This document shows positions 38,624 through 51,300 of a stretch of DNA of 64,000 bases, piece by piece. The translations under genes and the position numbers were made by a program. Under the pieces are notes generated by a model. The model had not been told where the DNA came from. It made no database searches and worked only from the letters and a program-made list of their open reading frames with translations. The stretch comes from Bugula neritina (Eukaryota; Animalia; Bryozoa). Numbering within the stretch: the stretch's first letter is position 1; each line of letters starts with the position of its first letter. The stretch covers positions 4,868,741-4,932,740 of the forward strand of contig OZ037768.1 of the NCBI GenBank assembly GCA_964035545.1, in the 5' to 3' direction.

Positions 38624-38856
38624 TTTGAATGGTAAATAGACATTTATGTTTAAAATTTTCCGTTTATCTCTATTATACATAGTACCTAGTTTTAAATTAA
38701 GTCTTACCAGTCATCAACGTCTAAATAAAAACTACTGTTATTTTGTTTGTGAGTTTAGTCTTTTGCATCAGTATATAATATCCTATTTGCTATTGAATTA
38801 TTTTGTTATGAAATTTGGTGAATTATACTCACTTATGCCTCTATTTTCAGGTAAAA

Positions 38857-41023
38857 ATGGCTTCCTTTATGAAATTGGCAAATAATTTAACAAGAGTTGG
38901 TATTGGATTAGCTGTTGGTGGGGCAGTGATAAATTCTGCTTTATATAATGGTATGATAACGCAGTAGTTCATTATCAATCCATGATAATTATTTTTGTTG
39001 ATTTTAAAATAACATATTTTGAAAACCTTTTCTGTAGCCTAACAGGTCAGACATGCCTCATATTATATTGCTATTAATAAGCTCAATAATTCAACCTCAA
39101 TTATTCTTTTCCAGTTTAATATATTTGACCTTCATGAAAACGTTCTTAATATTTCATAAGTTGAATATAGATTTATTAATATTGTTGGAGTTGTCTTATT
39201 TTTAGTCCACGTTTTCAAATATAAATAAAGAATATTTGGAGGCAAACCAAAGGTTTATTTTGAAACTTCATAATTATTTGTTAAGCCTTGTTTGTATGTG
39301 AAATATTCTGTATTGGTTATGTATATATAATTCATCTAACTTTTATAGCTATTAACCTGCCTGATAAGCAGTTTGTTGTTTTGAAAATAAATTGTTTTTG
39401 AACTTTTTATTAGTTGATGGCGGACACCGTGCGGTGATATTTGACAGATTATCTGGAGTTTCTCAGAAAGTTAGGGGTGAAGGCACCCACTTTCTGATTC
39501 CTCTTGTGCAAACCCCTTATATATTCGATGTGCGATCAAAACCTACAAATGTTCCAGTAGTGACCGGTAGTAAAGGTATGGTCCATCTTTTAAATTAAGT
39601 GTACAGAATGTATAATTTAATAAAATTTGTAGTCGTCCCCACAATGTATGGCTGCCTTTAGTCATAGTTCATTATTGAGCAGCTCTTTGAGTTAATATTT
39701 TCATTTGATGTTTTATAAGCTTAGATCATCATAACACTAGACCGTGGCTGATTTAGACAAATTATTTTTTTAGATTTACAGAATGTAAGCATTACGTTGC
39801 GTATTCTATTCCGACCTGAAGCTGCATCATTGCCAAATATATTTGTAAACCTTGGTATTGATTACGATGAAAAGGTTCTGCCCTCAATTACTCGAGAAGT
39901 TCTGACTGCAGTTGTGGTAAGATTTGTTAATTACGTTATGTTCTGGATTACTTTGTGTTTTTGTTAAAAAATAAATTTAAGTTAGATTTGTTTTATATTT
40001 ATTCTCTCGAGTACTATCTTTCTCGTCTAGACAGCTGTAGTCCTGCATGGGTAGCAGTTAAAACTCAATTATGGTTATAGCTGCTATCTCTGTAAGAACT
40101 CTTGATGAACAAGGGTTTTTGAGCATACTAAGTCATTATAAATTATTTTGTCCAAGTTGTCATATAATTCTTAATTTCCGATGCATTTTTCTTAAGGCCC
40201 AGTTTGATGCAAGTGAACTCATTACACAAAGAGAGATCGTCTCTCAGCGTGTGAATGATGAGCTCACAGAAAGAGCAGCTCAATTTGGTCTTATCCTTGA
40301 CGATATATCTCTGGTAAGTATCCTTACTGCAATGCAACTGTACTCTAAATTCTGCAATAGTTTCGTATCTTAATATAGCATTCTTACAACATGATTTTTA
40401 AGTGTTTAGAATATTTGTAATTTTGACATCATGGTCAGTCATGCACTAATATTGAAAATAGATAATTGTGGATGATGATTCCCATTTTGTAGACTCATTT
40501 AACATTTGGTCAAGAGTTCACATCTGCTGTTGAACAGAAACAAGTAGCGCAGCAAGATGCAGAGAGAGCCAGATATCTTGTAGAAAAGGTAACTTCCTGT
40601 TTTTACTGATTGTGATGCATCGTCTGTAGTTGCCTGTAGTTGATTTGTAAAGGCATATTTGCGTTACACATATGCTGGCATTGATTGCTGGGATTTCTAA
40701 TCAAAATGATTTGTACATAGGCTTTTGTTTGTTGCACTGTTTAATGGCAACAGTGTGTTTCTTATTACATGGGTTTATTACAATTATTCTTGTTATTCTT
40801 GTGTTGTTAGGCTGAACAAGTGAAGCAAGCTGCTGTTATAACTGCGGAAGGAGACTCTTTGGGTGCCAAGCTTATCGCCTCCTCACTTGCTGGAGCTGGA
40901 GAAGGACTTATTGAACTCAGGAAGGTTGAAGCAGCTGAAGACATTGCTTCTCAGTTATCAAAATCAAGAAATGTGGTGTATCTTCCCAGTGGACAGCAAA
41001 CACTGCTTGCTCTTCCTAACTGA
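38857..41023 (+). CDS. PHB1: Prohibitin 1
   Basis: [83 protein letters not shown]...LLALPN*. Confidence 0.97.
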
Positions 41024-41239
41024 AACTCTTGACTGTGACTACTGTGTGTAAAAATCTATTGTACTGTATATTGTAATTGTCATATTATATTGATTGCATT
41101 ACATTTATGCAATAAGTTAATATCTATATCTAATCTGACGTGACAAAATAGAAATAAAAACAAACATACAAAGCAATTTTTAAAAAAACAAGATGCTATA
41201 AATCTTTCAATTTGACTTATGCTAAAATTTGTGTTAGTA

Positions 41240-44200
41240 TCATTTGATGTTGAGTGTCCGTTTTACTGCTCTAACCACATCCTCGGCCTGAGGTAGAGAT
41301 TTGTCCTCCAAAGACTTTGCATACGGCATGGGTATATCTGCACCACATATCCGTTGCACTGGTGCATCTAAATAATCGAAAGCTGTACCTGCAAAACAGA
41401 CCAATCAAAATAAAAACTGTCTATAACTGCAATGATAACAAAACTTTCAGGTTAGCTTGTACAGGTGTAGGTAGACATTTTAATGCACATACTCTCGATC
41501 ACCCTGGCACAGATTTCAGATCCTATTCCACTTTGGGGCCAGCCTCCCTCCACTGTTATCAAATGATGTGTTTTCATAACAGATTTTATTATAGTTTCTT
41601 CATCCATGGGTCTAATTGTCCTGAGATTAACTACCTGCAAGAGTAGCGCAACACATTAGGCTTAGCCATCAAGTGTGGATTAGTTTGGCAATCACTTTGG
41701 AGAAAATTATCAGCTGGCAATATTTAGTTCACCTGCAAAAGTAAATAAACAATGTCAAGTACATGAAAAAACTTATTAATCCAACTAGTAGCACTAGAAA
41801 TGCAAAATTTCATTGCAAATTACATAATATCAGTGTTGCACATGGAGACCATATGAGTCCTCACCAATAACGAATTTAGTTCATTCAACAACCACATAAC
41901 AATATCTTAGGTCAAACATGATTTACAGTAATAGTAAGCTACAGAACAATTATAAAATATGGATCAGACTCGAGTACTTTTTGCATAAAAAACTAAGTAT
42001 TTCCTGCTAATAATTTAAGTCCCAGAATTACTTTTTATCTGCCAGGAAAACTGTTACTGCCAAAATCCCAAAATTCTCACCACTAGACACCAACAGCTTG
42101 AAAATAAAAAATTACTTGAAGCCTTTTTTTAGAACCTGAGACTCAAATAAATTTCTGGTTACTCATAATAGTGGAAGTTATGCACAAATAACTTGATGAG
42201 AAAATTTTTGAAACTTTAAAAAAGTTGTGGTAACTGATAAACAGTAAAAGTACGACGTATAACAATTCACGAATCAGTAAAATCATTTTACTTTAAAGCT
42301 ATACGAGAATATTGTCTACTCGCCTCACATTCCACTCCTTCTCCAGCCAGGGTTTCGGCAGCCGATAGGCAAACTGCCACAAACCTTGAGTGTCCCACCA
42401 AAGTTATGTGAGATCCTTAAACATACAAATCAATTGTATAGAAATATATAAAACTACATAAAGATTATCAATGTCATCATAATAATATTTTACAAATTGA
42501 GTCAATTAAACTACATGTTACAGTTAGAGTACATAATTTGTTACTAAGCACTTTTCAATATTATTAGAATGCACCTAGTATAAAGATAAGTACATCAGAA
42601 AAATAAATTATATGGTAGGAAAGGCTAGTCCATTTTTTAAGGTCAAATGATGCCGCAAATACACTTTATTTTATTATGTTATACATTAAATATACTTTCA
42701 CAATGATTACAATGAGTAAGTCTCAAGCTTAAAGTTGGTAAAACTAACTAGTTCCTAAATGCCTGCAAATAAATAGCTTCATTTTTTTAAAAACATTTTT
42801 TAGAGATTCAAAACACTGCGTGAATTTCAAAATATAGTGGCACCTGCATGTACAAGTGCTAATAATGTGCGGTGGCCTGCGATTAAAACAAATGACTTAG
42901 TTTACTGCCAGTAATAACACTTTTGGTAGATAAATTTATTCCAGTAAATTTTTAAGACAGAAGAACATAGTACAGATATCTATATATAGCCATTTCGTTT
43001 AGAGTATATTTATAGCCTCTTACCAGATCTTTCTATTTTAGCTTTTCCAATAGGCAGGAGAAATGTGTCGGACATAGCCTCATCTGACATTGGCATTCTT
43101 TCGTTATACATTATCTCATTTTCCAGAAACACAACTGAAATAAAGATATATTTACATAAGATTAGGCAAGCGGTGGCTAAACTCCAGAATGAAACATTTT
43201 ATATTTGAACAATCACAAATATAAAAATTGAATAAATACTATTTATTCATGAAATAGTAACCGATAAGGCATACCAGGATCAGGGTCACGGATGGCTGAT
43301 TTCAAAAGCCCCTTGCAGTCTTCTGCAGAATAAGGAGAAATAACCTTTAGGCCGGGACACGAGCCATACCAGGCAGCAAAACACTGTGAGTGCTGTGCTG
43401 CCACACCAGCAGCAGCTCCTGAAATAAATAAACATCAAGTAGTACTACTACATACATACAACTATATATCCACTACTATACATACACTACTATATCTACA
43501 CTACTATATATATACTATTGTACATATATACAGCACTATACATACACTACTAGACATACCAACTACTATATATACATTACTACACGCAGTTAATACCTTA
43601 TTATCTATATGCCTTCAAGTAAAATATATCACAATGATTCAAACAATATTAAATTATACATTAAAATACTCATCTGTATAGCAGTTTTATAACAATTGTA
43701 AGCATACCATTTGGTCCCCGAAAGGTCACAGGAACAGGTACTTGTCCAGCAGACATATAAAATGTTTTGGCTGCAGAATTTATGATTTGATCAATAGCTT
43801 GCATGGCAAAGTTCCAGGTCATGAATTCACATACAGGCTTGAGGCCGGCCTGCAAACATGTAGTGATACAACCATTATATATTGGTTATGACAAAAAGTC
43901 CATATCAACTGTAAAATAAGTTTATTGTAAAGCAAAACTTTTAAAATTTTTTAAATGCTCAACCTACCATAGCAGCTCCAACAGCCACACCAGCAAATCC
44001 CATCTAAAACCATAACAATACCAGCTAGACATTAATAATGTTATAGCTATTCAGATGGTCATAGTCTTCAGTCAAATCTGGTTTAATACCAGCTAACCAG
44101 TTGCTAATATATAGATATCAGAGGTACATGAATTAACTGCACATGTGGAAGATTGAACTAAAAATACCTCTGTAATAGGAGTATCAAAGACTCTTCTATC

Positions 44201-45717
44201 ACCAAACTCATTGTGTAGACCTTTGGAAACTTTATATGCACCATCATACAACGCTACTTCTTCACCCATCAAAAACACTTTATCATCATGTTTTAGTTCT
44301 TCTCGTAACGCCTCATTTAATGCATCTCGGACAGTCATCTATACCAAAACAGTAGCAGTTATCTTATGCTGTGTAAACAACTTAATGATAATAATATAAT
44401 ATCACATTACATGTGAATGACTTATTTTAAAGATCAATTAAAGCTAAAAACAAATCAAAACTACAACTTACCATATTACTATCTGAGCTTAGGCAGCGTA
44501 TATGATGTGTGCCTCCATCAAAATTCTAACAACAAAAATAATGACATTATCACCAACATCACCCAAAACAAAAGTAACAGTGCTGGCCATAGATATAAAT
44601 ATATAAATCAGTGTATATACGTATCTTAGAACTTAAAGTTAATTGAAATAAACCTTCAGAAAAATTTGGTAAAGCATACGTGTTTCATAAACTATACTAA
44701 TACTATTATAAGTATAGAATATGAATAATGAATTTTATGTAAGTGCACAATACTACATTATCAAAGATTAAACCTTGAATTCCACGCTTCAGATTTACAA
44801 CAAATCACTTTGAATACAAAAACTGAGGCAAACCAGAAAATATTATATTTATAACACTTACTGCTAGTGCTACTGTTAAACCTTGAGTTACAAATAGTTA
44901 TAGTAAAATACAAATTTATACATGTCAATGTTTATGTTGATATTTTAATTTAATATTAAGGTGCAATTTAAACTATATAGTGTAATAGTCTATAGGCAAT
45001 AGGCAACAGGAACATGATGTTGAACATCAACATTAACATGGTAACATTAACATGAACTTAAACTTTAACATATTCATGTTGAAGTGAAAAAGTGTTGATC
45101 TCTAAGTCTAAGAGTAAGTGTTTACCTTTAAAGCTCTAAGCCTAATGACTAAGACTAAGAGTAACACTAACAGTAAGCAAGTAACACTAACTGCAAGTTC
45201 AATTACTATGATCATGATCATCACTATCACCATCAATATAACTATCAGTATCACTATGAGTAACTCAGTATGAGTATGACTCTCTAAGTATAACTATAAG
45301 TCTGAGTCTTATCACTCAGTCTCATGAGTTATCAGTATCATTAATCAGTATGGGATTGGGTATGACTATGACTATGAATAATCAATAATAATTAAATCTT
45401 AAATCTTAAACTTAAAAGTTAATGTTTTACTTTCAGTTGAACTTAAGTTATAGAATTAGTTGTATAATCAATATTATAATAATTAAACTTTGTTATTATA
45501 TCAATTACAAATAGTATTGCAATATGAAATCATCATCATTATGATTATCAAATAATAATATTAATATCAATCACGATCACAATGGCAACAACTAAATTTT
45601 TAAATTATTATTATATTTATACTAAATTTATGCAACAGTAATGGCAGTAATCAGTAATGTAATTTTTACCCGTTTCAGTACGGCACTGACAGTTTTCCTC
45701 AAACATTTATAAAGCAT
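41240..45717 (-). CDS. PDHB: Pyruvate dehydrogenase E1 beta subunit, mitochondrial
   Basis: [88 protein letters not shown]; N-terminal transit-peptide exons. Confidence 0.97.
43441..43590. repeat. Degenerate ~20-bp ACTACTATA(C/T)ATAC repeat in a PDHB intron
   Basis: Directly visible, degenerate. Confidence 0.7.
44855..45660. repeat. Degenerate 6-bp-periodic tract, PDHB intron 1
   Basis: AAGACTAAGAGTAACACTAACAGTAAG, ACTATCAGTATCACTATGAGTAACTCAGTATGAGTATGACT, AACATCAACATTAACATG. Confidence 0.78.
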
Positions 45718-48365
45718 CTTCAGATGTTGTAACGTGTTTTCAATAAAAGATAATCAGATTTGTTTGGAGTAATTGTAAATAAAAAGAAATGCAAGTAAAT
45801 GTAGAAGTGACGGTAACGATCTATAAGTTTAGCTTGTATTTTCACTACGTTATCATTAACCAATATTGTCGGTGGTTGAAAGTGTAATATCGTAATGGAT
45901 TCGAACGAAATCGATGTTATTGCTGCAAGATCTTCAGCTAACGTAGAGCGTCCTTGACCAGCTGAATCGACTGTGTAGGCTGTAGGGAGATAATTCTACA
46001 AAACCGATCCATATATAAATAGGATTTATCTCCTCGCCTAGTATCTATCAAATGATTTGTTGCTCTATTGTTTAAGCCAATGTTGTTTTGTAGCTTGCAG
46101 CATGTTATAACTTATAACATTGCTTTGCTGTAAAACTCTCTGCTATACATTTTAGTACTGGTCAACCGAAACCGTACAGACCACTTTAAGTTAGTCCACA
46201 CAAAACTTCTTTGAGACAGGGATGGAGTATTGAAAATCCATGATTGTAGTCTACAACCTACATATATAGAAAGGTGTAGATATGAACATTATTACAAACA
46301 CAAAGGAAATAAAATCTTTAGATCACTGTAAATAGCATTTTAAGTAATTTACTGCAAGTTATGGTGTAACAAGAAACTTGGGTCATTATTCCTATAATAT
46401 TTTGATCAAAACACCCAATATATTTAAGCCAATGCATGATCAATATCTTACTTCATCCCATGGTTTCAATAAATTATGCATGTATATATTATTGCTATAG
46501 CAAGTAAATTTATAAAATGCAAATACAAATCCTACAAAAAAATACTAACAAGTAGGCCTTTGCATTGTTTCAATATGGGTTGATATGATATATTGTTGTA
46601 GAGTTCAAAGAAAAATAGCATCGTAGCATAAATAGCAATATAACAATTTTTAAATCAAATTATTTGATACAAGTTTTATGTTTTAAGTTTTTATGATTGA
46701 ATTTTCAAAATTACTGTTACATATATAAATCGCATTTAGACAGAGTTATGTATGTGATGAGCAGCTACCATTTTAAACTCCAACTATGAAACATTCAGTT
46801 GCCTAGCAACAACAGTAAATATATTTTAAAAATTATATCATCAAGCCTATGAGCCAAAAGATAAAAACAAGATCAAAACAATTTTAAATTAATTTATGAA
46901 AGGGTTGCTATGAATTATGAAGCCTGCAATTTCCTGTTGAACCTGAGCTTATTCACTCTTTCTGATAGAGGAACAACACAGTCTATTTATCTAAGCTTCA
47001 ATCTACAGAATATGTCCCCATTTCAATTGATCAGAGTAAAGATTTAATATTTAAACTCGAAATTTCTGTTGCAATTTGTAATAATATGTTTGATATCATA
47101 AGTTTTTATAACAAAATCTATTACAAAAAGTATATTTTTTTTTACATCTCATCAGATTTTATCAGTTGTACATAGTAATTTTTATTTTTCATTTGCAAAT
47201 TGTCATTAATAAATACTTTTATATATACATGTATACGTGAACACTTTTAAAAATTATTTTATACGAGCTCCATAAATACAATAGCAGAGTATGTCATTTA
47301 TTAGATTATTGACTTGACTTTTTATTCAGACAATCTTATTATGCAAGCGTTCTTTTGAAATTTCAAACTTGCTTATAGGGTAAGTTTTAATACCATTTAT
47401 ACTAATATTGCACTTTCAAACACTAAACTAGAATATATCAACCGCAATAGATAGTGGGGAAAAAATTAAGTTTTCTAACAAGCTGCATACATTTTTGTCA
47501 TATATTTTAGAGCAAAGCTAGGTAGCAGATCCAGGATCTTAAATGGGAAAGCTTGTCACTTTAAAAACTTTGCAAATATTACAACCCTGGACAATAACTT
47601 AATGTAGTCAATTAAACATTTATAGCAAGTAAATGAACATATAAATTTAATTATTATAAAATTGGTGCAACTATATTATGTAACACTTATCTTAGAAAAC
47701 CATGTTAGATTTTGTGTGCAGTATCAGCTAATATGTCATTTTGTGATAATAAAAGATTTTACATCAAGATCAAATGGCATTAAATGCAATTAGGCAATGA
47801 AGGCTTCAAATGGTATATTACAAGTGTATTATGAATATATAGCACATATAACAATAATTTAGCACTACAAAACATTATAAATATAAAAATACAGCAACAA
47901 AAGTTATAACGATAGAATACAAAGTTTACATTTCTTTGCTTATATAATATTACTTGTATATTCATTTGGTAAAATAAACAATAGTACACTGCTTATTGTC
48001 TGTAATATGATGTGTGGTAAAGCTGTTCAACGCTAGTGACAAATAATATATTCAATTTTAATTGACTCTTTCTTAACAAGCAATTTGATAATTCCTTCCA
48101 AGCATATGATTGAGATTAACACAAATTATTATGGTAAAATAAATAAGTTATAAATAATCACAGTAATCCATTGTGATTTCGAGATCCAGAGTCTCACCAA
48201 GTTTATTGCAGTCTGTAAGTGCTTTAATGGTTGCTATATTTACAGGTGGCGATTGTTAAATTGGCAAAATAAATAATCTGTGAAATATCTTGACTGTGGT
48301 TTTAAGTTCTTTAAACAAAGTTGATTGCAGCCTATAAATTCTTAAATGTTTGTTATGGCTGCAGC

Positions 48366-51300
48366 CTACTTACAGACGGTCACCCATTCATCATATTCAC
48401 ATTTCTGACATTCAACATAACAACACCAGTGAAACCGGCAATTGCATTTTTCCACTCTGTGTACTCTGACAACAAAGAAGCCTCTGCCACAGCATAGCGC
48501 ACTGCAAGTGTTCTCAGCCGCTGCAGACGTATTATTACACACTCTTCCTCGAGTACCATAGCTACCTATTTCCTGTATCGTATCGCAGAACGTTGGTGAG
48601 TTTTCATAGTAGACCATACTTTTCTTCAAACTCTTTTGAGACGGCCTTTTGCTCACAGAGTTGTCTTCAATGGCTAACTGTGGTGTAATTTTACCTTGGA
48701 TGGAATTTGTACGATCAACCTAAAACACGTAGATTTATGTAAATTCTAACGACATATGTAAAATTAAAATTTCAAATAAAATTTTGTAAATTGACAATGT
48801 GTTATAAGCAGCCCACAAGTTTTTTCTATATTAATTGTGCATGCAATCGATGTAAATCAAATATGCTATACCAAAGGAAGTGCTTCATTTTAAGAAGTCT
48901 TATACTGAAAGTATTACGTTTTGTCTTATATACTTTCTCATTATAGTAAAATTATGAAGGCGGCATAAAACTTTGTAAAAACACTATTTTATATGAACTA
49001 TAAGACAAAATTGAAGTATTTCTTATATAATATTTAATAGCCAAATCACTTGTTCAAACAGGTAATACAAGAATCTTTTACTGAGATATGCATATTATTA
49101 CTGTTACTGTACAGGTAGGAACACTTCTATATAGAGCAGTTACTGTACAGGTAGGAACACTTCTATATAGAGCAGTTACTCTACAGGTGGAAACACTTCT
49201 ATATAGAGCAGTTACTGTACAGGTGGAAACACTTCTATATAGAGCAGTTACTCTACAGGTAGGAACACTTCTATATAGAGCAGTTACTCTACAGGTAGGA
49301 ACACTTCTATATAGAGCAGTTACTCTACAGGTAGGAACACTTCTATATAGAGCAGTTACTCTACAGGTAGGAACACTTCTATATAGAGCAGTTACTGTAC
49401 AGGTAGGAACACTTCTATATAGAGCAGTTACTGTACAGGTGGAAACACTAGCTCACCTGAATGGAATTTTCATACAGACTCCGCAACTTGTCCCCAACTT
49501 CTTTGAGATCTGGAGCAGCTAGCCAGCATGTCTTTATCTCACAGCTTGAGGACATTCCATGACATTTACATTTTGTACTTTTCTGGTCCAGGACTGCCTG
49601 TGACAGCCAACCAATTGGTTTTGTAATAAAACTCAGTAACAGCCACAAATATTCTCACATCTCTACCTAGTATATTGCAGGTTACTTATGAATGGCGTTT
49701 GACTATAAATAATCAGCAGTATTAACTATATATTTTGTTCTATAAATACAGCACCCTATATATCTAATATATATGCTACTTAATATTTAATATTTGTTAT
49801 ACACCTTGATCAGATTTATTTAAATTGTGAGCATAAAAGTATTTTTGTATATTTACAGATAATTCTTGGTTACCTTTCTCCCTATTTTGCTATTGTGTGC
49901 TTTCATTAAAGAATGTATAGATTTGTCTTTATTCTTTTGCTGAAGGAACTTTCTAGAATATTTTGCTCCAAACTCAAGATCGTGGTTACAGCCGTTCCAG
50001 CCAAACTCATTTCCAGAGTTGTAGTCATTATAACTATTGACGCAACTACATGAAACCGCATACAATTTACAGCCATAGCATATAACATGCTACCATTTGA
50101 CACAACCAGTACCATCTTAGGGCTTTTATTATAACAAATAATGTAACAGATTTTAATAACTCAATAATTTCTTTTGCAAATAAAGCCCCAATTTTGCATT
50201 GGTGATGCTTAGAAGCAGTTATTAATATAAACTGCAAAATATTGAAACAATTTTTTGCCATTACCAAAAGTTTAAAGTTTGATAATAGCAATGTTCAACA
50301 CGTAAAAATATTTATACTATATTACATTATATTAGGTGCTTGTTATCGGCAGAGTTGATATGAACAGCATATTTGCATTTCCAAAACCTAGTAAAAGTAT
50401 GTTTCAACTATCAATTCTATACACTGCCTACCTGCATGAGCTAATTTTTCCTAAAGCACATGACGTAGCAACTTGATGTAGAATTCCTGCTGCAGTTATA
50501 GCATGAGTAAAAGCCGTTTCTCTATAACCTATAAAATAAAATAAAATAGTAACATCTCTTGCTTAAAATTTTTTAATGTTCCTGAATATAGCTACTTAGA
50601 AAATGTATTATCTTGAAGTTTTAACATTCCGACATGTAGAATTACACCTTTGATGAACGTATACTTGGCATAACATTATGACGAAAGTATTATCATTATA
50701 CTTTAAATAGCAAAAGTGTTTGTATAAGGTAAATTGGTGATTAAGACCACTTTAATATTAATCATCGCTAAACAATTATTTTATCTACATCTACTTTTGA
50801 AAAACATAGGTGTTAATCTATTACTTACAAAACTGTTGTTAGACCATTTTGGATGAAAGTAAAGGTATGAATGTGCAATATTCGTGTATAAATATAATTA
50901 AAATAAAAGTTTAAATATTGATATACTTATTATATATGTAAAACATTTAAACTTTTAGAAATGGTCAAATAGCACAAAAATATTTTTTGCTCTCCAAAGT
51001 GTCTGCGTATGACGACTTTTTCTAAGGAAACTGCTGATGACTCATAAGTTTCAACGAAACTCATCAACCAATAACAATTATGTCAAGTCTTTCAATTTCT
51101 ATTGATTTATTGAAATTATCAAATAGCTTTGACAAAAATGCATTAACCTCTTTGTTTCCAGTGAGCCATTGATAAAATATTGAGTAGTTAGATGTAACGG
51201 GGATATGTGATGATTAAAAAAAGATAAAAGACACAAAGCTTTATGATTTCAAACACCTTGTCACATTAATTGGTTTTTGAAGAGTTGAGTATAAAAATAA

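Noticed and set aside
19130-40330. GTATCCTT words as U12-type donors (near 19131 and 40318), considered because U11 is present
   Set aside because: Neither coincides with an in-frame exon end; the conserved peptides use ordinary GT donors.
49088-49522. 36-bp repeats resembling a CRISPR array or a 12-aa repeat protein
   Set aside because: Units are head-to-tail with no unique spacers, there are no cas genes, and they lie in a eukaryotic intron.
51030-51070. Hammerhead-like CTGATGA...GAAA
   Set aside because: Stem II does not pair and no stems I/III are evident.
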